Position numbers and translations under genes: made by a program | The notes under the pieces: model-generated | What the model was told of the DNA's origin: nothing | Database searches by the model: none | Seen by the model: the letters and a program-made list of their open reading frames with translations, nothing else | NCBI GenBank assembly: GCA_049975325.1 | Contig: JBNGDW010000001.1 | Coordinates: 1 to 54,871, forward strand | Reading direction: 5' to 3' | Length of the DNA: 54,871 nucleotides | Source: Candidatus Cloacimonadia bacterium | GTDB lineage: Bacteria; Cloacimonadota; Cloacimonadia; JGIOTU-2; JBNGDW01 | In this document: in pieces, positions 28,048 through 38,885 of the stretch | How the letters are laid out: each line of letters begins with the position of its first letter | Numbering within the stretch: position 1 is the first letter of the stretch

Positions 28048-29181
28048 ATGATAATTGGGATAACTATCTGCTTTTTTGCCTTTTTTTTATATTATGCCTG
28101 GTATGAACGCCTCTTTTATATGGGACTAAAAAGGCGTTACTTTCATTCCTCGGACAGAATGCCATATGTCTCTGTAGTGGTTGCTGCACGAAATGAAGAA
28201 CACAATATACCTTACCTTCTTACAACTTTGCTCAATCAGGACTATCCAGATAATCTCTATGAGGTTATTATCGCAAATGATGAATCCACTGACCGCACAG
28301 AAGAGATTGTGACAAGTTTCCAGAAAAAATTTTCAAACCTTAAACTGATCGATGTAAAGGTTACAAACAAAGTAATATCTCGAAAAAAGAATGCCCTTTC
28401 TCAGGCAATTGCTGCTGCAAAAGGAGAACTTATTTTAACTACTGATGCAGATTGTCTGGTTAAGCCAACCTGGGTATCAGGTATGATTCGTTATTTTGGT
28501 CCCGGGATAGACTCGGTTGCAGGGCTGTCTTTACCTAAGATTGTGGACTGGAAACACTCAAGATTTATTGAAAAATATGAATACCTTGATACCTTAGCCC
28601 TATTTTCAGCTGGAGCAGGGGCTATTGGCTATGAGAAAGTATTCTCAGGCAGTGGGCAAAATTTCGCTTATACACATGATGCATACTTACAGGTGAATGG
28701 ATTCGAAAAAATAAATAAATATATATCTGGTGATGATGTGCTTCTTATGCAACTGATTCGTAGGGCTGGCTACAAAATAAGATTTGCTTTTGGCAAGGAG
28801 ACCCACAATCAGACTCGCTCACAAAAAAGCATCAAGCAATTCCTAAATCAACGAATCCGCTGGGCATCAAACGGACGGGTGCAGGTAAGGTTAAATATTG
28901 AGTTCTACATCTTTCTTCTTATTACATTTTTACTCAATCTAACTATCGTACTATCACTATTTTTCTTCCCAATACTTTTTTTAGTCTTTCTTTTGATTAA
29001 AGGAACTTCTGAGTGGTTTGTTGTAAAACAAGGTGCCAACAGATTCAAAATTGAGCAGGGGAGATTAAATTTTTTCCCTATCTGGGCTTTACTTCAACCT
29101 TTTTATATAATTATCGTGGGAATAGCTGGTCAGTTCAGACTGTTTAAATGGAACAAAAAACCATTAATTTCAGCAAAATAA
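28048..29181 (+). CDS. Family 2 glycosyltransferase, membrane-integrated, processive type
   Basis: VSVVVAARNEE, TDADC (DxD) and QRIRWA (QxxRW) motifs, plus C-terminal TM helices. An alternative TTG start lies at 28039. Confidence 0.8.
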   Translation: MIIGITICFFAFFLYYAWYERLFYMGLKRRYFHSSDRMPYVSVVVAARNEEHNIPYLLTTLLNQDYPDNLYEVIIANDESTDRTEEIVTSFQKKFSNLKLIDVKVTNKVISRKKNALSQAIAAAKGELILTTDADCLVKPTWVSGMIRYFGPGIDSVAGLSLPKIVDWKHSRFIEKYEYLDTLALFSAGAGAIGYEKVFSGSGQNFAYTHDAYLQVNGFEKINKYISGDDVLLMQLIRRAGYKIRFAFGKETHNQTRSQKSIKQFLNQRIRWASNGRVQVRLNIEFYIFLLITFLLNLTIVLSLFFFPILFLVFLLIKGTSEWFVVKQGANRFKIEQGRLNFFPIWALLQPFYIIIVGIAGQFRLFKWNKKPLISAK

Positions 29182-29209
29182 AAAAGGCCCATCTAAAAAT
29201 GATAGACCT
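29175..29209 (-). terminator. Rho-independent terminator for the - strand T9SS cargo operon
   Basis: On the - strand: AGGUCUAUC-auuuuua-GAUGGGCCU (9 bp including 2 G-U pairs) followed by UUUUUAUUUU. On the + strand the same stem has C-A mismatches, so it is strand-specific. It lies between convergent genes. Confidence 0.5.
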
Positions 29210-29237
29210 TGAGTCGCATCTAGGGCATTGATCTGTG

Positions 29238-31961
29238 TTAGCGTAAAAGTAGAAGCTTCCTCGTTATCGCTGTTCCACCTGCCTGTAATTTATAGAAATA
29301 GATACCACTTGGTAGCAGATTTCCATTTATATCTGTCCCATCCCAGAGAACATAAGTCTCTCCACGGGGAATACGAATTTCCTGCACCAACTCACCCTTG
29401 ATATTATAAATAGAAAGTTGAGCAGCATTAGCATCTCGAGGCAAGGAAAAACTGATTCTGGTAGAATTTTGCATTGGATTGGGATAGTTTTGTGAAAGAG
29501 AAAATCTACCGGTCTCTGGCTCATCCTCAGCGATACCCACGCCATATATAGGATCGAAATCAACAATACCATATTCTGGATTATCATTTCCATCAATAAT
29601 TGTCTCGGCTATTATGTCATAATCCTCGCTATCCCATATATTATTTTCCGCTTTTATATTCTGAGCAGACATATTGTAAACGCTGTATGTGTTTCCGCTC
29701 TCATCCACATTTTCATAGATATGATTGGCGCCATCATCATTCGGATCAGAATTTCCTATATCTCCCAAATTAGATGTAGCATCTTCCATAATATAGAAGC
29801 CACAGAAGTTCCCTGTAACTTCATTTCCCACAAATGTCGCATTTGTGCCAGAGCCATACAGCATAACGCCTGCACCAGAATTTGGATCCCCGATAATAAA
29901 GTTATATCTTACTACATTATCTTTATAGTAACCTTGCGCATTATAGAGATATATTCCCGTGAGATTATATTCTATGACATTATTCTCCACATGGGGAGCC
30001 ATAGAGCCGTAGTTAAAGAGATTTGCCATAGTTATACCTTGCTTGCCATTATGGTGAATCCAGTTATTTGTGATTGTGGGACTGCACTCACCATCCGAAG
30101 TTTGGATTGAGAGCTGTATTCCAGGCCAATAAGATGTTCCAGTACCGCATCCTGTAATCTCACAGCTATCAACAAGGGCATTAGAATTTTCAGTGATTTG
30201 GATACCATATTGGGTGCAATTTGCAATCTTCGAAGTGATTATCTCCATACTTGCTGGATCATCCTCGCCTATTGCAGAAAAATGGACCGCCTTTCTATGC
30301 TGGTCTATAAAGCAGTCTGAGATAAGTACTGGACTATTTAATGCATGTATTGCATACGCATTTATATCATCAGTATGAGAGATACGGCAGTATCTAAATA
30401 TACTCTGATTATTCTCGTCTTCCAATCGTATGCCAAACCAGGGCTCACTATTTTGTCCGTAAAAATATATAGAATCTGATTCCGTTCCTTCTGCAATTAT
30501 ATGACCCTGGGCGGTGATTTGGAATTCTCCCTGCACCTCAACTACTACACCTGGTTCAACCTCTAACATTTCTCCGGCTGGCACGGTAATATCGCCGACA
30601 ACAAAATATGGACTATTTTCAGCCGTCCATGTTCCATACTGCTCTCCCGAAACCTCTGTACCTGGAAATCCTTCGCATCCATCTGCAAGCGCATATAGCC
30701 AACCATCATGAAGTCCTCCCAAAAGGTCTGGATAACCATTACCATCAATATCCTCTATCCAATATGCAGACTCAACATTATCTGCCATATTCTTTTGCCA
30801 TAATATAGCGCCTGTTTCGCCATCAATAGCATAAAATACACAAGTTGTATATCCTGTACCACCCGCAATATCCCAGATTCCATCTCCTGTAATATCCGAA
30901 ACAGCAACTGATGTAAATACCTGATCCGCTGCTGGGGTTGACCATAATATCTCACCATTAGAGGCATCTATACAATAGAAGGAATTCAGCCCTGTTCCAG
31001 ATGGGAGAAGCTCTGGAAATCCATTATCGTTAATATCTGGGAGAAGAGAAAGGTCGGTTATCTGTGAACTTATACTTCCAAGTGTATTTATCCATAAAGG
31101 CATTCCATTTACCCCGGAATACCCAATAATCTTTCCATCACCTGTACTTACCGCAACATCAGGGGTTCCATCTGAGTTTATATCACCGATAGGTACACCT
31201 GTCCAACCGGTGAAAGCAAGGTCCACACTCCACAATTGGGCTCCACTGTCCCCATCCAGGGCTATCACCATGTGTGTTCCCGGATCAGTATCGCCTGTAG
31301 TTACAATAACATCAGGGATAGCATCATCATTCAAATCACCTACTTCCCGAATTCCATATACAGCGGCGCGTACTCCAAGAGGATATGTCCATATTTTTGT
31401 ACCAGTAGAACCATCAAATAAATAGGCACAAGAAGCCTCTATGCCAGAACCTGAGAGAATCTCTGGCACGCCATCTCCGGTTATATCAGTCATCACACTT
31501 ACCTCATGAATCCTGCCACCACTCGGATGATCCATATGGCTATCATAATCCCAGATTAAACTGCCATCATTTCCTGATATTGCATACACAGTCTTAGTAT
31601 TATACCCAGCCAAGAGAATATCCTGAACAGAATCGCCGTTTAAGTCCGGAACTGATATAAGTCCCCTTTCAAGAAAACATACATCATATTCAACTCCCCA
31701 GATCACTTCTCCATCTATACCTGAAAGACAGTATACGGTATCATTTTCAGCCACTGTAATAACATCTTCATGCCCATCACCATCTATGTCTTCTATTGTT
31801 TTGACTGACCTGATATGATGCCAATCCCAGGGATCATTTGGAGCATAAAAGCTCCAGATAACATCCCCACCATCCTTTGCCTGCATATCTGCAGTGAGAC
31901 TTGTAGCAAGGCATAAGGTTGAAATCATTATGAAGAAAGCTATTCTTTTTGAGTTTTTCAT
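29238..31961 (-). CDS. Secreted protein: FG-GAP/PQQ-like beta-propeller, right-handed beta-helix, and T9SS C-terminal sorting domain
   Basis: Signal peptide. About eight D(I/L)(D/N/T)GDG.PD repeats with G..(I/L)W blades. Beta-helix section (NN.I..N...GI). C-terminus FSLSQNYPNPMQNSTRISFSLP..SIYNIKGELV..SGIYFYKL..KLLLLR. Confidence 0.8.
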   Translation of the reverse strand: MKNSKRIAFFIMISTLCLATSLTADMQAKDGGDVIWSFYAPNDPWDWHHIRSVKTIEDIDGDGHEDVITVAENDTVYCLSGIDGEVIWGVEYDVCFLERGLISVPDLNGDSVQDILLAGYNTKTVYAISGNDGSLIWDYDSHMDHPSGGRIHEVSVMTDITGDGVPEILSGSGIEASCAYLFDGSTGTKIWTYPLGVRAAVYGIREVGDLNDDAIPDVIVTTGDTDPGTHMVIALDGDSGAQLWSVDLAFTGWTGVPIGDINSDGTPDVAVSTGDGKIIGYSGVNGMPLWINTLGSISSQITDLSLLPDINDNGFPELLPSGTGLNSFYCIDASNGEILWSTPAADQVFTSVAVSDITGDGIWDIAGGTGYTTCVFYAIDGETGAILWQKNMADNVESAYWIEDIDGNGYPDLLGGLHDGWLYALADGCEGFPGTEVSGEQYGTWTAENSPYFVVGDITVPAGEMLEVEPGVVVEVQGEFQITAQGHIIAEGTESDSIYFYGQNSEPWFGIRLEDENNQSIFRYCRISHTDDINAYAIHALNSPVLISDCFIDQHRKAVHFSAIGEDDPASMEIITSKIANCTQYGIQITENSNALVDSCEITGCGTGTSYWPGIQLSIQTSDGECSPTITNNWIHHNGKQGITMANLFNYGSMAPHVENNVIEYNLTGIYLYNAQGYYKDNVVRYNFIIGDPNSGAGVMLYGSGTNATFVGNEVTGNFCGFYIMEDATSNLGDIGNSDPNDDGANHIYENVDESGNTYSVYNMSAQNIKAENNIWDSEDYDIIAETIIDGNDNPEYGIVDFDPIYGVGIAEDEPETGRFSLSQNYPNPMQNSTRISFSLPRDANAAQLSIYNIKGELVQEIRIPRGETYVLWDGTDINGNLLPSGIYFYKLQAGGTAITRKLLLLR

Positions 31962-31989
31962 TGTAACTCCTTCCTTGGTATTTAATTTT

Positions 31990-34329
31990 TTAATTGTCTC
32001 TTAGTAGCAACAGCTTATATACAGGCAATTCACTATAAACAGAGCCATTAGCAGAATTTTTTGCTACGAGTTTGTAGAAGTAAATCCCATTTCCTACCGG
32101 CACACCAGAATTGTCCAGCCCATCCCAGACAACTTCTTTAATCGCAGCCTGGCTATAACTATCGTCAGCATCTAATTCCCGTACTAGTTGACCCTTAGTA
32201 TTGTAAATTTTTATCTTGGGCTCAACAAAGTTGTGGGGAATGGAGAATGCAATTTTTGTTTTGTCCTGCATAGGATTAGGATAGTTCTGATATAGAAAAA
32301 ACCTTGCTGTATCTTCATTTTCAGCATCAATCCCAGCAATGGTTTTATCACCGATGGCGAATTCTCCCAACGAACAGGTAACACAGGAAATACGATGATG
32401 CTGAGGCATAATAGTTGATTGGCATGGTATCCAAGGAGCTGAATTATCTGGCCTGAAATATATAGCAAGAGAATCCAAATTCATGCCAGCCACTTCATCA
32501 GCAGTATAATGAATAGTAATCTCTGTTGATTCCAGTCCATCAGGATTTCCTGGGGAGGTTACTTTCCAGAGAGTAGGAACAAAGCCTTCTGTATGGTAGG
32601 CCCGCGTAATTTCTACATCTATCCAATCTGAATTTCCGGCTGAATCATTGATATCGAGCTCGAGCCTTGTGCTGGCAAATTCAATAGGCGGAGAATCTCC
32701 TCCTCTATAATATCGTCGTCTCTTTCCATAATCCTCACCCTCAGAATAGAAGAGATAAGTTTTGCCAGCTAAAGAAAGTCCTGATAATGAGTCACCGTAA
32801 GCATGAGCACTGCAAAGAAGGTCAAAAAAGCCACTTTCCTTGATATCGCCATAACCTAAAGCCCAGGCAAATTGATCTTCTGCATTTTCACCCCATATGA
32901 CAAAGAAATTTACCCGCTCGGAAAGATCAACAATTTCAGGTGGAAGCGAGGAACCATACACTATATAAGTTTCGCCTTGTAAATTATTACAATTGCATGG
33001 TCCACTCCCTGCAGGAACGCCAACGATAAGTTCATCTATTCCATCTCCATCCAGATCGGCTGATAAAATCGAGTGTCCCGCCACATCTCCTTCATCAGCA
33101 CCAATAACTCTTGTCATTGCCCCATCATAAGATTCTACCTCAATAATATCTACTTCGGATATAGATTCATGGCCATATAGTACAAATACTTCTCCACAAT
33201 CTGGACGATTATTATCAATTCCATCAGCCCATTTTGCCACTACTACAGCATCATAATAGCCATCACCATTTATATCTCCAGAGGCACAAGCAAAGCCGAG
33301 CTGATCATGCGCATCGGTTCCTATGATCCTTGTATATGGCCATGAAGTGACAAGCATATCCATCTGGTATTGATTGCGGATAGTAGAATTACCATATATG
33401 ATGTATGCTTCGCCACAAACTTCTGCAGGCTTACTACTCTTTAATGTGCCACTTGTTAATGTGCCACTTGCTTGTTCAGCGCCTATCACAAGATCAGCAT
33501 AGCCATCGCCGTTTATATCCCCGGAGCAGATGCTACTTCCAAGGTGGTCATCGGCATGCATGCCATAGATAATGGTATGGGTTACAGTTGTCAGTATAAG
33601 GTCTATCTCACGGATATCTGGAAGCCCTTCGTCTCCGTAAATAACATATATTTCTCCTGAGCCAATTCTATTTTCACCTGGACCGCAGGCTGGTGGTGCA
33701 CCTATTATTATATCATCAATTCCATCTCCATCAATATCTCCAGATCCAAGAGAACTGCCGAGAAAGTCCCCATAATTTTTCCCAAGTATTCGGGTAAATC
33801 TCGGATTGTCTTCCCCGAACCATATTGAGGGGACAGATGAGAGGTCTTGGCTCCCCCATACTACATAAGTCTTGCCGGCATAAAGGCGTGTGCTTGAGAC
33901 AGAGGCAAAATTCGCACCAATAAGAGCATCGTCAAATCCATCATTATTAAAGTCCCCTACTGCAACTACGCCACCACAATGGTCGGTATCATCTTCTCCA
34001 TAGAGAAAGGTGGTGGGTATCTGTGGATTAGAAAGGCTTATCAAGGCGATTGACTCAATATTTGCTCCGCCATACACAATAACTGCCTCACCAGTGGCAT
34101 TTCCAGAATTAGAGATTCCATCAGCATTAAACGCGCCGATAATTATATCTTCATATCCGTCACCATTAAAATCTCCTGCGGCGATACTCTGTCCTGAATA
34201 ATCTCCTGAATCTGCACCAACTATACCCGTGGTGTCTGGAAAACTGACCGCCTTATGCGGGTAACTTGCTCCACAGAGAGTTAATGGGATTATAACAAAT
34301 GCTAAGATTAACCAGCTAATTTTTTTCAT
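31990..34329 (-). CDS. Secreted FG-GAP repeat (integrin-alpha-like) protein with a T9SS C-terminal sorting domain
   Basis: Signal peptide. At least seven repeats of GDFNGDGYEDIIIGA/GDINGDGY.D..V type. C-terminus LYQNYPNPMQDKTKIAFSIP..KIYNTKGQLV..NGIYFYKL..KLLLLR. Confidence 0.8.
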   Translation of the reverse strand: MKKISWLILAFVIIPLTLCGASYPHKAVSFPDTTGIVGADSGDYSGQSIAAGDFNGDGYEDIIIGAFNADGISNSGNATGEAVIVYGGANIESIALISLSNPQIPTTFLYGEDDTDHCGGVVAVGDFNNDGFDDALIGANFASVSSTRLYAGKTYVVWGSQDLSSVPSIWFGEDNPRFTRILGKNYGDFLGSSLGSGDIDGDGIDDIIIGAPPACGPGENRIGSGEIYVIYGDEGLPDIREIDLILTTVTHTIIYGMHADDHLGSSICSGDINGDGYADLVIGAEQASGTLTSGTLKSSKPAEVCGEAYIIYGNSTIRNQYQMDMLVTSWPYTRIIGTDAHDQLGFACASGDINGDGYYDAVVVAKWADGIDNNRPDCGEVFVLYGHESISEVDIIEVESYDGAMTRVIGADEGDVAGHSILSADLDGDGIDELIVGVPAGSGPCNCNNLQGETYIVYGSSLPPEIVDLSERVNFFVIWGENAEDQFAWALGYGDIKESGFFDLLCSAHAYGDSLSGLSLAGKTYLFYSEGEDYGKRRRYYRGGDSPPIEFASTRLELDINDSAGNSDWIDVEITRAYHTEGFVPTLWKVTSPGNPDGLESTEITIHYTADEVAGMNLDSLAIYFRPDNSAPWIPCQSTIMPQHHRISCVTCSLGEFAIGDKTIAGIDAENEDTARFFLYQNYPNPMQDKTKIAFSIPHNFVEPKIKIYNTKGQLVRELDADDSYSQAAIKEVVWDGLDNSGVPVGNGIYFYKLVAKNSANGSVYSELPVYKLLLLRDN

Positions 34330-34367
34330 CTTATCCCCTTCCGATTATACTTTTCTGTTATTACTTC

Positions 34368-36155
34368 TTATAGATTAAAGTATTTGCTTCGCCAATCCTT
34401 CACCTTTGCTTCTGCCTTTGCTTTGCGATACCACTCGTTATATATTCGGTTTTCTTTTTGCCGCAACAGCTTAGCTCTTAACTCTTCCTTTTCTTCCTCG
34501 AAATTTTGCATATCAGGAACTTGATATTCGAGAATTTTCGCCACATAATATCCATTCGTACCGGGGATAAGTCCTGTAATTCCCCCCTCTTCTTTTACTG
34601 CAAGAATAGCATTAACAAGTCTATCTTCTCTACCTATACCTGATATATAACTTTCCTTTTTAAGGAAATCGGTAGTTTTAATTTCCAAACCATATTGTTC
34701 TGCAATATCGTAGAAATTTTCTGGAGTTATTTTAGTAGCTATACTATCAGCCATTTCTCCAACCCGTCGCAGTTTCTTCTTTTTTTCTATTTCTGATACA
34801 ATTCTGTCTCTCACTTTCTCAATATCTTCATAATGTTCACCAATCTTGTAAGATACCATTGCAATGATGTAATCTCCGTTATCAGTTTGAAATGGTTCTG
34901 CCACGCTGCCAACCTTATTGGAAAAGGCAAAATCAATCAGCATTTTGGCCCTCCCAATATCAGGAAGATAGCTGCTTTCTTTTTCAAATTCAGGAGTTTC
35001 TTGCACTTCATATCCCATATCTTTTGCCACTTTTTCAAAATCCTCTTCTTGGCAGAGATTATATAGGTTAAACGCAGCTTGTTCCAGATTCTGTCGGGTT
35101 GCAGCACTCGGAGCCTCTCTTATCAAAATATGACTTGCTTTAACCTCTTTTTCACCCTGATCATTGTATCGTATATCTGTAACTTTTATAATATGCCACC
35201 CAAATCGTGACTTAATTGGCTCGCTTATTTCACCCACATTTAGAGCAAAAGCCGCTTCTTCAAATTCAGGCACCATTCTTCCTCTGCCAAAGAATCCCAG
35301 ATCTCCACCCCTCTCGGCTGAAGGGTCTTCTGAATACTCCAAAGCCAAATCTTCAAATTTTTCACCCTGCTGCAGCATCTCATAAATCTCATTGATTCGT
35401 TCCTCAGCCGCCTTTCTGTCTGCAGGAGTCGGCTCTAAAGGGAGTCGTACATATTTAAGTTTACGCTGAGGAGGTTTTTTATATTCCTCCAAGTGCTGCT
35501 CATAATATCTCACTATTTCTGCTTCTGTTACCTCCACCGAATCAATCATTTCAGGGGAAAAAACCATAATATCTGCCTTTGCTTTGGTGTTTTCATCGAT
35601 ATAATGTTCTCGTAGTTCGTAATCGGTGATAACAGCAGTAGACCTGATAATATTTACAAGTTTCTCATAAGGTAAACTCTGAAAATAATAGTCTTCTAAC
35701 CAACTCCAGTCATAGGATGGGTTCTGAAGTGCGCTAAGATATTTCTGCTGGTCAAATTGCCCCTCTGTTTGGAAGACTTCTGATTGTTTTATCATTGGCA
35801 GGGGTTCATTTATCATCTTATTTGCCACTTCTCTTGCAGATACCTCAATACCATATCGTTCAATAGCTTTATTCAAGATTATCATATCCACAAGTTGCTC
35901 CCATGTTTGATCATTCAGTCTTCTTATTGTAGTTTCATCCAGTTCAGCATCAGAATTACTTTGTAGATAATTAGAATAGGCATTTTGAAGCATCTGGTAA
36001 TATTCTTCATAGCGGATTTTCTCTCCAGCAATCTCACCTACATAAGGCTTTTCGCGAAAGATTTCGCTGATTCCCATAGTTGCCATTCCAACGACGAATA
36101 TAATCGCAATTATCCAGATAATAGGACGAGCCATTTTACGCATCTTATCAAGCAT
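34368..36155 (-). CDS. ppiD: Periplasmic chaperone/peptidyl-prolyl isomerase PpiD (SurA-N plus parvulin domain), membrane-anchored
   Basis: N-terminal [16 protein letters not shown]. Parvulin motif [41 protein letters not shown]. Length ~600 aa. Confidence 0.8.
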   Translation of the reverse strand: MLDKMRKMARPIIWIIAIIFVVGMATMGISEIFREKPYVGEIAGEKIRYEEYYQMLQNAYSNYLQSNSDAELDETTIRRLNDQTWEQLVDMIILNKAIERYGIEVSAREVANKMINEPLPMIKQSEVFQTEGQFDQQKYLSALQNPSYDWSWLEDYYFQSLPYEKLVNIIRSTAVITDYELREHYIDENTKAKADIMVFSPEMIDSVEVTEAEIVRYYEQHLEEYKKPPQRKLKYVRLPLEPTPADRKAAEERINEIYEMLQQGEKFEDLALEYSEDPSAERGGDLGFFGRGRMVPEFEEAAFALNVGEISEPIKSRFGWHIIKVTDIRYNDQGEKEVKASHILIREAPSAATRQNLEQAAFNLYNLCQEEDFEKVAKDMGYEVQETPEFEKESSYLPDIGRAKMLIDFAFSNKVGSVAEPFQTDNGDYIIAMVSYKIGEHYEDIEKVRDRIVSEIEKKKKLRRVGEMADSIATKITPENFYDIAEQYGLEIKTTDFLKKESYISGIGREDRLVNAILAVKEEGGITGLIPGTNGYYVAKILEYQVPDMQNFEEEKEELRAKLLRQKENRIYNEWYRKAKAEAKVKDWRSKYFNL

Positions 36156-36321
36156 ATCAACTCCTTAAAAAGTTTTTCTATAATTAAGGGACAATTTTAG
36201 ATCCTAAAAAATTTATGCAAGTTTTTTGCTAGAACTTTTTTACAATTTAAGCTTGACAAACTTTTTGCCAACTTTTTCTGATTTGATCAATTAAAATTCA
36301 AATCCTCTTTAAGGGATAGTT

Positions 36322-36690
36322 ATGGCAACAGATAAAGATAAGCTTTTTTACCGTATTTTCAAAGAAGATGCTGAAGAGATGGGCATGGATATGAAGGAAT
36401 TCTATCGCAAGAGAAGAAAGGGACTTTATCCATTTCTTACTCCGGAAAAAAAGGTAGTGTGGCTAAAAAGGGAAATGTTTAAAATTGCAGCAGCAAAGAA
36501 AATTTCAGAAACATCCAGCTCTACTCTCAAAAGAAAAAGTCACAGGGGACACAGTCATAAAAACGATATAGATATAGACCTTACAAATATACTTCCACAA
36601 GGTAGCTTTAAATATTTCTTCTTAGGTGTTGGGGCTATGCTCATATTGTACCTTGTGGTCAAATTAATTGAAGCGATAATATTGGGTTAA
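36322..36690 (+). CDS. Hypothetical small basic protein with a C-terminal TM anchor
   Basis: ORF with ATG start, a Lys/Arg-rich middle and the C-terminal helix FFLGVGAMLILYLVVKLIEAIILG. No recognisable family. Confidence 0.4.
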   Translation: MATDKDKLFYRIFKEDAEEMGMDMKEFYRKRRKGLYPFLTPEKKVVWLKREMFKIAAAKKISETSSSTLKRKSHRGHSHKNDIDIDLTNILPQGSFKYFFLGVGAMLILYLVVKLIEAIILG

Positions 36691-37313
36691 AATGATATTC
36701 TTTTGCCAAGATTAGTCAGCACCTGTTTAAGTTGTTTGCCAGCATTGCTCATCTGTTCCGCTGACTTCACAAGAATCGGTTCACCATAAATCACCCGGGC
36801 ATGAGAAAATGGTAATGGAAGAATAAAATTATCCCATGTTGGAAGTATCAACTTTCTTTTTGCGTCGGCTGACATCGGGATTATCGGTTTTCCTGCTTTA
36901 TAAGCAAGATATAAAACCCCCTCATGAATATGCTCTTTAGGCCCTCGCGGTCCATCTGGAGTAATCCCAATATCATATTTGTTGATCTTTGAAATCAGCT
37001 CTCTCGTGGCTACCGCTCCCCCTCTTGTAGTAGACCCCCGTATTGCGCCATAACCTAATTTTGATAAAGCAAGTGCAATATATTCTCCATCCCGGTGGCG
37101 TGAAATCAGCACCTGGATATCCTCAAAGCTATGCTGATAAGCCAAAATAAGCATTCTGTTGTGCCAAAAAGCATAAATAACTGTTTTGTACCTAGATTTT
37201 GCCTCATCTACAATATGTTTGTTAATTGTTTGGATACGGAGGCTCCCTATTAGCAATTTAATCAGGTAAGGACCGAATAATTTAACCAGTTTCTTCTTTG
37301 TCTTCTGTTTCAT
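36687..37313 (-). CDS. DUF374-family lysophospholipid acyltransferase-like protein (commonly linked to lpx/waaA genes)
   Basis: Motifs FWHNRML, SRHRDGEYIA, GAIRGSTTRGG and ITPDGPRGP. Overlaps the lpxB 3' end by 32 nt. Confidence 0.7.
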   Translation of the reverse strand: MKQKTKKKLVKLFGPYLIKLLIGSLRIQTINKHIVDEAKSRYKTVIYAFWHNRMLILAYQHSFEDIQVLISRHRDGEYIALALSKLGYGAIRGSTTRGGAVATRELISKINKYDIGITPDGPRGPKEHIHEGVLYLAYKAGKPIIPMSADAKRKLILPTWDNFILPLPFSHARVIYGEPILVKSAEQMSNAGKQLKQVLTNLGKRISF

Positions 37314-38430
37314 TCAAAAAGGAGTGTATAATTTCTGTAACTCTATACGATGCTTTCTTTTCTCCCAGCCCTTTTTTTATTTTCTGCAGATTATTCTGCA
37401 TCTTGATATAAAGACGAGGATTATCCAAAATTTTTTGTATTTCTGAAACTATCTTTTTGGTACTTGCATGGTGTTGAATCAATTCTGGCACAATCTTCTC
37501 TCCCACGATTATATTGGGAAGGGCAATCATATCCACGCGCACCAGCCAGCGAGCAATTAAATAGGAAATCCATGAGGTTTTATACACCGCAATCAAGGGC
37601 GTCCCAATGTATGCAGTTTCTAAGCTGGATGTACCAGATTTGCATACAACAAGATCACTGTATTGCATCAATTCATAAGTATCTTCAACAATGGCTACAG
37701 AATCACCAACTGGCGAAATAATGCTATTATACAAGGAGTGTGACACGGTATCTACATAAGAGAAAAGAAACTCATATTGACCTCCCTGCAGCTGCTGGAC
37801 AGTCTCTGTCATAACCGGTAAGATGCGATGGATCTCAATATCTCTACTACCGGGGATGAATCCTAACCACCTCTTTTGTGGATCCAGGTTATATTTTTCC
37901 GCAAAGCTCTGTTTAGAAAGCTTCACATCTATCTCTTCTACGATTGGATGGCCTACAAATTCAGCTTCACCTCCCATTGATTCATATATTTTTTTTTCAA
38001 ATGGAAGTATTGTAGCAATCTTATCAGTGTACTTGATGATTTTGTGAATTCGATTTTTTTTCCAAGCCCATATCTGGGGAGAAATATAATAAAGGACCGA
38101 GAAGCCATATTGTTTTGCAATTTTTGCTATGCGTAGATTTAATCCTGGATAATCTACAAGCAAAACAAGATTGGGCTTGCGTAGGATTAATTCCTGTTTT
38201 ATACGAGACATTACTTTATAGAAGAAGCCTCCATGTTGCAGAACCTCTGCAAATCCCATCACTGCAAAACGCTCAAAGGGATACAAGGTTTCGAATCCTA
38301 GCTCTTGCATCTTTGGACCTCCAATGCCCCAAAATTGTATATGAGGTTCAGTTTCTGCAAAGCGTTTTAGCACCTCTGCAGTGTGAATATCTGCTGAACG
38401 TTCCCCTACAAGCACAAAAATATTTGGCAT
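37282..38430 (-). CDS. lpxB: Lipid-A-disaccharide synthase
   Basis: N-terminal IFVLVGERSADIH.., YYISPQIWAWKKNR and the C-terminal ALPNII.GE.IVPELIQ pattern, all typical of LpxB. ~380 aa. Confidence 0.85.
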   Translation of the reverse strand: MPNIFVLVGERSADIHTAEVLKRFAETEPHIQFWGIGGPKMQELGFETLYPFERFAVMGFAEVLQHGGFFYKVMSRIKQELILRKPNLVLLVDYPGLNLRIAKIAKQYGFSVLYYISPQIWAWKKNRIHKIIKYTDKIATILPFEKKIYESMGGEAEFVGHPIVEEIDVKLSKQSFAEKYNLDPQKRWLGFIPGSRDIEIHRILPVMTETVQQLQGGQYEFLFSYVDTVSHSLYNSIISPVGDSVAIVEDTYELMQYSDLVVCKSGTSSLETAYIGTPLIAVYKTSWISYLIARWLVRVDMIALPNIIVGEKIVPELIQHHASTKKIVSEIQKILDNPRLYIKMQNNLQKIKKGLGEKKASYRVTEIIHSFLNETEDKEETG

Positions 38431-38559
38431 AGAGGAGTTTTTAAAAAAGAGTATTTATGTCGTCAAGTTAATTGGGGGATATATAGGCCACAGAGTAAAT
38501 TATCTTTCTCATATTACTAAAAAATTTTATTTTATAATAAAAATTAAAGGGAGTATAGA

Positions 38560-38823
38560 ATGGATGAAGATTGGGTAATAATATTTCACGCAAGCGGAGA
38601 GACAGAAGGGTACCTAGTAAAAGGAAAACTTGAAGATAGCGGCATCCCTGTAAGACTGTCTCAAGAGGCTATTGGAAAAATTTCTGGTCTAACATTGAAC
38701 GGTTTAGGAGATGTAAAAGTCCTTGTTCCTGCTGACTACAAAGAGAAGGCAAAAAATATATTAGAAAAAGCAATGAATAATGAAAAGGGAAAAGGGAAAA
38801 GGGAAAAGGGAAATGAGGAATAA
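38560..38823 (+). CDS. DUF2007-like small protein (putative signal-transducing fold) with a repeat-encoded Lys/Gly/Glu tail
   Basis: GGGAG RBS upstream. The pattern ..EGYLVKGKLEDSGIPVRL....VKVLVPADYKEKAKNILE fits DUF2007. The last ~14 codons lie in the (AAAAGGG)4 repeat. Confidence 0.5.
   Translation: MDEDWVIIFHASGETEGYLVKGKLEDSGIPVRLSQEAIGKISGLTLNGLGDVKVLVPADYKEKAKNILEKAMNNEKGKGKREKGNEE
38783..38810 (+). repeat. Perfect tandem heptanucleotide repeat (AAAAGGG) x4, plus a partial copy, inside the 3' end of the DUF2007 CDS
   Basis: Read directly: aaaaggg aaaaggg aaaaggg aaaaggg aaa. Confidence 0.95.
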
Positions 38824-38885
38824 ACCACAAGCACCAATGCCCGAAATGCAAAACAGTCAAGCCAAAAAATGTTGGGAACTTGTAT

